This document shows positions 7,626 to 11,446 of a stretch of DNA of 11,446 bases, piece by piece. The stretch's first letter is position 1; each line of letters opens with the position of its first letter. The DNA is from Promethearchaeia archaeon (GTDB lineage Archaea; Asgardarchaeota; Lokiarchaeia; Sigyniarchaeales; SOKP01), in assembly GCA_029856125.1 (NCBI GenBank), contig JAHQWJ010000008.1, positions 1-11,446 of the forward strand, given 5' to 3'. The position numbers were made by a program, and so were the translations under genes. The notes beneath the pieces are model-generated. The model saw only the letters and a program-made list of their open reading frames with translations. It ran no database searches and was not told the origin of the DNA.

Positions 7626-7967
7626 CTAATTGGAAATTTTAACCCAAGAGTTTGGAGTCAAGATTAGATATTGATCTCCAAGTCGAGCCATAGAACCTCC
7701 GTTTTCTCTTAGAAATGATTTCAAATCTTCTATTCCTCTTTTAAGTTGAGTGATATCTATATTTTTTAAGACATCTGTAGCGTTAAGTATTAAAATTCTT
7801 TTACCTAAGAGTTCTTTTTTGATTTCTTCTACTTGTTCAAGCGATGTGAAGTCATACTTTTTAATAGTAAAACTTTCCTTTAACGATGAAAACTCTCGAG
7901 AAAACCCCATCGTTTCTTCAGGCGAACTCAAAAGGTCCGCTTCTACTTTTTTCCAAAACCTACCCAA
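7626..7967 (-). CDS. sepF: Archaeal-type cell division protein SepF
   Basis: Amphipathic N-terminus MGRFWKKV, a linker, then the SepF core: SLEQVEEIKKELL..ILILN..LKRGIEDLK...GGSMARLGDQYLILTP. TTG start. Confidence 0.85.
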   Translation of the reverse strand: MGRFWKKVEADLLSSPEETMGFSREFSSLKESFTIKKYDFTSLEQVEEIKKELLGKRILILNATDVLKNIDITQLKRGIEDLKSFLRENGGSMARLGDQYLILTPNSWVKISN

Positions 7968-8123
7968 TTTTACAACACGACCTATAATAGTAATATTAGT
8001 TCTTTGATTACCGTTTTATATCTAATTTTTAGGTTATTTAAATGGAAGAAATATCAAGATGTGCTATTTTACGATATATATCTTTGATTTTTTACCGTAA
8101 ATCTAGTAATCGAACTTTGATGA

Positions 8124-8147
8124 TAAAGTGTCCATAAAGACACTTTA
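8124..8147. repeat. Inverted repeat TAAAGTGTC-CATAAA-GACACTTTA
   Basis: Perfect 9-bp arms with a 6-nt spacer, between the NMO-family 3' end and the sepF start. Confidence 0.6.
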
Positions 8148-8229
8148 ATCGTTGTATTATACTGATATTACCATATTTTGACCTTTAATTCCCATCAAAA
8201 GATAATATCTAAAAATCTAAATATACCTG

Positions 8230-8251
8230 AAAAAAAATTAGTTAAAAAATT
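8230..8251 (-). terminator. Putative U-tract terminator of the NMO-family gene
   Basis: Minus strand reads AATTTTTTAACTAATTTTTTTT about 20 nt after the stop. Confidence 0.45.
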
Positions 8252-8269
8252 AAAATATTATTATTAAGC

Positions 8270-9328
8270 TTATAATTCAAGTGCTTGTTCTATATAAGAT
8301 GGTTTTATTGTATTAAAAGCATTTCTTAAACTTTTTTCTGCATCAAATACGATTGTATCAATTATTTCCTTCACAGTTTCCACGCGATCAATTAGTCCTA
8401 TACTTTGTCCTAAATAAACAGTACCTTCCTGAACATTTCCTTGATAGGTCATTTCTAGTTCCGCTAATTCCCTTTCAACTTTGGACATTGAAAATTCTCC
8501 AGCTTGTTTTTCCTCTTTGCTTTCAACTAAGCTATGCGTTTCAGCAAGTTTGTTCTTCCAAACTCTCGCAGGACCAAAAATCCCAGTTTTTAGTTCCGTA
8601 TCAGATGTACTAGAATTAACTACAATTTGTTTGTAATTATCATGGAATTCACATTCTTTTGATGAGATAAATCTTGAACCCATCGCAATAGCACCAGCGC
8701 CCATAGATAAGGCAGAAGCTAATCCCTCACCTGTAGCATAACCTCCAGAAGCAATTACAGGAACTTCAGGTAATTTCTTTCTTATTTCTTGTAAAAGTAC
8801 TAATGTGCTTATATTATCGTAGGATTGGTGACCTCCACCTTCGATTCCAGTTGCAATAATTCCATCAACTCCACTATCGACTAATTTTTTAGCTAAATGT
8901 ATTGAAGGAGCAACATGAAAATGCTTAATTCTTGAACCCGTTTCTTTTAATTTTTCAAAATGTTTGTTGTAAATCAATTTAGGAGAGCCAGCACTAGTAA
9001 TCAAATAAACACATTGTTCTCTTATTCTTTGATTTTCCATAATGAACCGAGGTAATTGTCTACAAAGTTTGATTGCATCAGGTTGTAATCTAGCCGTTCT
9101 TATATTAAAACCAAAAGGCTTATCGGTGTGTTCTACTACATATTCCATACTTTTCTTCATTTCATTTAAAGTTACTGTTCCATGGAGAGTAACATGGCTT
9201 AATACACCTAATCCCCCTGCTTCTGACACTGCGACTGTTAATTTCGTTGTATAAAATGGACCCATCGGGGCGCTTAAAATTGGGTGTTTAATTCCAAGCA
9301 TCTTGGTAATGTTTGTTTCAATAACCAT
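8270..9328 (-). CDS. Nitronate monooxygenase / FabK-like enoyl-thioester reductase family flavoprotein
   Basis: LGIKHPILSAPMG, AVSEAGGLG, TDKPFGFN, GIEGGGH (catalytic His), PVIASGG, ALSMGAGAIAMGSRF, GQSIGLI; GTGAT RBS upstream. Confidence 0.93.
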   Translation of the reverse strand: MVIETNITKMLGIKHPILSAPMGPFYTTKLTVAVSEAGGLGVLSHVTLHGTVTLNEMKKSMEYVVEHTDKPFGFNIRTARLQPDAIKLCRQLPRFIMENQRIREQCVYLITSAGSPKLIYNKHFEKLKETGSRIKHFHVAPSIHLAKKLVDSGVDGIIATGIEGGGHQSYDNISTLVLLQEIRKKLPEVPVIASGGYATGEGLASALSMGAGAIAMGSRFISSKECEFHDNYKQIVVNSSTSDTELKTGIFGPARVWKNKLAETHSLVESKEEKQAGEFSMSKVERELAELEMTYQGNVQEGTVYLGQSIGLIDRVETVKEIIDTIVFDAEKSLRNAFNTIKPSYIEQALEL

Positions 9329-9420
9329 TTCAAATCACATTTTTTTTGGTTAGATTTTAAAGTAAATTTAATCAAATATTCGTTTGTATAAATAATTAAT
9401 TTATCAAAATTGAAATATAG

Positions 9421-9436
9421 TATATAAATGTTTTCC
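9421..9436 (-). promoter_or_regulatory. Putative BRE + TATA box for the NMO-family gene
   Basis: Minus strand reads GGAAAACA-TTTATATA, a purine-rich BRE directly before a canonical archaeal TATA, about 90 nt upstream of the ATG. Confidence 0.5.
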
Positions 9437-9477
9437 TACACTTGCAATGCTTAAAATTTCTTAGATTTTACCGAATC

Positions 9478-9504
9478 CTCATTCACTGAATGAGCGTTCA
9501 TTTA
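9478..9504. promoter_or_regulatory. Overlapping operator-like palindromes (TetR/FadR-like)
   Basis: CTCATTCA-C-TGAATGAG (9478-9494, perfect) overlaps TGAATGA-GCGT-TCATTTA (9487-9504, one mismatch). Confidence 0.55.
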
Positions 9505-9519
9505 TTTTGTGTTGATCTT

Positions 9520-9553
9520 TATTATTCAACGAAAAATATTATTCAACGAAAAA
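9520..9553 (+). repeat. Tandem 17-bp direct repeat (TATTATTCAACGAAAAA x2)
   Basis: Exact copies at 9520-9536 and 9537-9553. Confidence 0.9.
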
Positions 9554-9714
9554 TCCATATTTCAGATTTTAACGTGGGTCTATTAATTAAGTAGTAATTA
9601 TTCAAAATTCGACAATTTTCCTTTATTTATTCAAATTTAAAACTCCTAATATAATAAATATTTAAAGAATTAGGAACTAATTCTCATAAAAATTAAAATA
9701 AAATCGGGACTAAT

Positions 9715-10176
9715 ATGAGTGAAGATAAAGTAATTGTAGCGAATAAAGGTATGGTACGTGCTGACTTTAATTTTTGGGTTGGTAAGTACCTTGATAAGTT
9801 TTTGGACAATCTAGAAAATAAGAAAATAGTCGGTAATAAATGTCCTAAATGCGGCGATGTTTTTGTTCCTCCTCGAAAAATATGCGGTAAATGTAATGTA
9901 GTCATTCCGTTAGGAGAAAATTGGGTTGATTTACCAGATACTGGAATTTTGAAGAATTACACGATAACGCCTTATAGAGTTAACGATAGAACGCATAGGA
10001 AGGCTAAAGATTTATTGCTTGGCATGATACAAATTGATGGAAGCAACACTGCTATAGTTTATAGATTACTTAATTTAAAACCTGATGAAGTCAAGACTGG
10101 TATGAAAGTAAAAATTGAGTGGGCTGAAAAAACAAAGGGAGACCCTTCAGACATTAAGGGTTTCGTAAAAATGTGA
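9715..10176 (+). CDS. DUF35 family Zn-ribbon/OB-fold protein (thiolase/aldolase partner)
   Basis: GNKCPKCGDVFVPPRKICGKC rubredoxin-like Zn ribbon, then G-L--YTI and VKTGMKVKIEW OB-fold; directly upstream of thiolase-like genes. Confidence 0.93.
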   Translation: MSEDKVIVANKGMVRADFNFWVGKYLDKFLDNLENKKIVGNKCPKCGDVFVPPRKICGKCNVVIPLGENWVDLPDTGILKNYTITPYRVNDRTHRKAKDLLLGMIQIDGSNTAIVYRLLNLKPDEVKTGMKVKIEWAEKTKGDPSDIKGFVKM

Positions 10177-10191
10177 GGTGCAATAGATAAA

Positions 10192-11334
10192 ATGGAAAAA
10201 GTTGGAATTGTAGGGTATTACCAAGTAAAATTACATTCAGACGCGAATTATGGTCGTTATGAGATGATATTTGAAGCTGTAAGAGGTGCTGTAGACATGG
10301 CAGGTTTAAAGAAAAAAGATATATCTACAGTAATTTCGTGCACAAACGATTATTACGACGGGCGTACTATTTCAAATTGTTTTACTGTTGAAGTTGGCGG
10401 AGGATATATGGCAGACGAGAGTAAAGTAGAGATGGATGGAGCGCATGCAGTTTTATATGGATTGATGAGAATTTTGTCAGGCAATCATAAATTAGCAGTA
10501 GTATGGGGTGGAAGTATGCCTTCATGTTTCCCTTATCATTCAACTCGTTTATTCGAGACTGATCCGACTTGGGAAAGACCATTAACTTACGTAAACGATA
10601 TTACATCGGCAGGATTTCAGATGAGATCATACATGGAAAAATATGGAGTTAGTGCTGAAGAAATAGCTAACGTAGCAGTAAAAAATCGAAAGAATGCTGC
10701 CAAAAATCCCTTAGCTTTAGCAGAAGCACAAAACTCAAATATTGATGTTAAACAAGTGTTGGCCTCTGACATTTACGCAGACCCTGTTACCGAGTTAATG
10801 GTTGCTCAACCCTGTGATGGCGTTGCTGCTATATTATTAGCACCTCAACGACAGGCTTTAAAGATAACTGATAATCCTGTTTGGATTACTGGCGTTGGAT
10901 ATGCTCAAGAAGCATATTATCTTGGAGACCGCAATTTATATGAAAGCAAATCAATGGAATTGGCAGGGAAAACTGCTTTTGAGAGCGCTGGAATTAAAGA
11001 CCCAAAGAGTGAAATTGATGTAGCAGAACTATTTGAAGCTTATGCTCACGAGGAATTAATATTATCGGAAGCATTAGGATTAGCAGAAAAGGGGAAAGGA
11101 GCTGGTATCAATTCTGAAATTAACGGAGATATCTCCATAAATCCTTCAGGTGGTGCTATTAGCGGTAATCCACCTTGTGCAACTGGTTTGGTTAGAATAA
11201 TTGAAGCTGCCAGACAGTTGAGAGGAGAAGCTAAAGGCTATCAAGTAAATAATGCTAAAAAAGCTATTGCTTCAGGCCAAATTGGTATGTGTGCTCAAAA
11301 TAATATTTTATTTGTATTGGAGGGAGGTAATTAA
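10192..11334 (+). CDS. Thiolase-superfamily (SCP2/Ltp4-like) protein lacking canonical catalytic residues
   Basis: VAVKNRKNAAKNP, PCDGVAAILL, IDVAEL, SINPSGG..ATGLVRIIEAARQLRG. ESKVEMDG lies where the active Cys usually is, and GNP replaces GHP. GAGGTG RBS. Confidence 0.9.
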   Translation: MEKVGIVGYYQVKLHSDANYGRYEMIFEAVRGAVDMAGLKKKDISTVISCTNDYYDGRTISNCFTVEVGGGYMADESKVEMDGAHAVLYGLMRILSGNHKLAVVWGGSMPSCFPYHSTRLFETDPTWERPLTYVNDITSAGFQMRSYMEKYGVSAEEIANVAVKNRKNAAKNPLALAEAQNSNIDVKQVLASDIYADPVTELMVAQPCDGVAAILLAPQRQALKITDNPVWITGVGYAQEAYYLGDRNLYESKSMELAGKTAFESAGIKDPKSEIDVAELFEAYAHEELILSEALGLAEKGKGAGINSEINGDISINPSGGAISGNPPCATGLVRIIEAARQLRGEAKGYQVNNAKKAIASGQIGMCAQNNILFVLEGGN

Positions 11335-11336
11335 AA

Positions 11337-11446
11337 ATGGGGAGACAAGTAGCTATAGCATCAGCTGGTTTTAGCGAACACGCTTCAAAAAGGTCTGATG
11401 TTAATATGGCAGAATTAGTAAGCGAAGCAGTTGAAGATTGTTTGAA
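11337..11446 (+). CDS. 5' start (3'-truncated) of a second thiolase-superfamily (Ltp3-like) protein
   Basis: Not in the track. ATG 11337 follows GGAGGT; MGRQVAIASAGFSEHASKRSDVNMAELVSEAVEDCL is a typical SCP2-thiolase N-terminus. Confidence 0.8.
   Translation, partial: MGRQVAIASAGFSEHASKRSDVNMAELVSEAVEDCL

Noticed and set aside
7750-8007. 85-aa + strand ORF
   Set aside because: Antisense shadow of sepF.
8112-8153. ATGA + stem + AAA loop as a eukaryote-like SECIS
   Set aside because: The 3' arm lacks the GA needed for the tandem G-A core, and no upstream + strand gene has an in-frame TGA.
8353-9254. + strand ORFs 8353-8613 and 9042-9254
   Set aside because: Antisense to the well-supported NMO-family gene.
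9520-9553. CRISPR array or iterons
   Set aside because: Only two abutting 17-bp copies, with no spacers and no cas or rep gene.
9693-10582. Minus-strand ORFs 9693-9905 and 10382-10582
   Set aside because: Antisense to the DUF35 and thiolase-like genes.

Overview
AT-rich window that looks archaeal: archaeal-type SepF, GGAGGTGA/GTGAT-type ribosome-binding sites, BRE/TATA-like promoters and poly-T terminators. The gene style suggests Asgard/Lokiarchaeia, but that is an inference. In order it holds: the 3' end of a 2-hydroxyacyl-CoA dehydratase-family gene; a minus-strand cassette (CxxC mini-ORF plus a tandem AraC-like HTH ORF) bracketed by a 13-bp direct repeat; a Zn-ribbon/4-TM membrane protein and an unknown partner; purU; an aldo/keto reductase; an uncharacterised two-gene unit whose first protein looks like tandem longin domains; a small ORF; sepF; an NMO/FabK-family flavoenzyme; and, divergently, a DUF35 gene plus two thiolase-like genes resembling actinobacterial Rv3521-ltp4-ltp3. 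The most interesting leads are the putative di-longin protein with its helical partner, which shares a recurring ATCAAG intergenic motif with the sepF region, the claudin-like tetraspan protein, and the Ltp3/Ltp4-like lipid or sterol side-chain cluster with its operator-like palindromes. No rRNA, tRNA, CRISPR array or transposase was seen.
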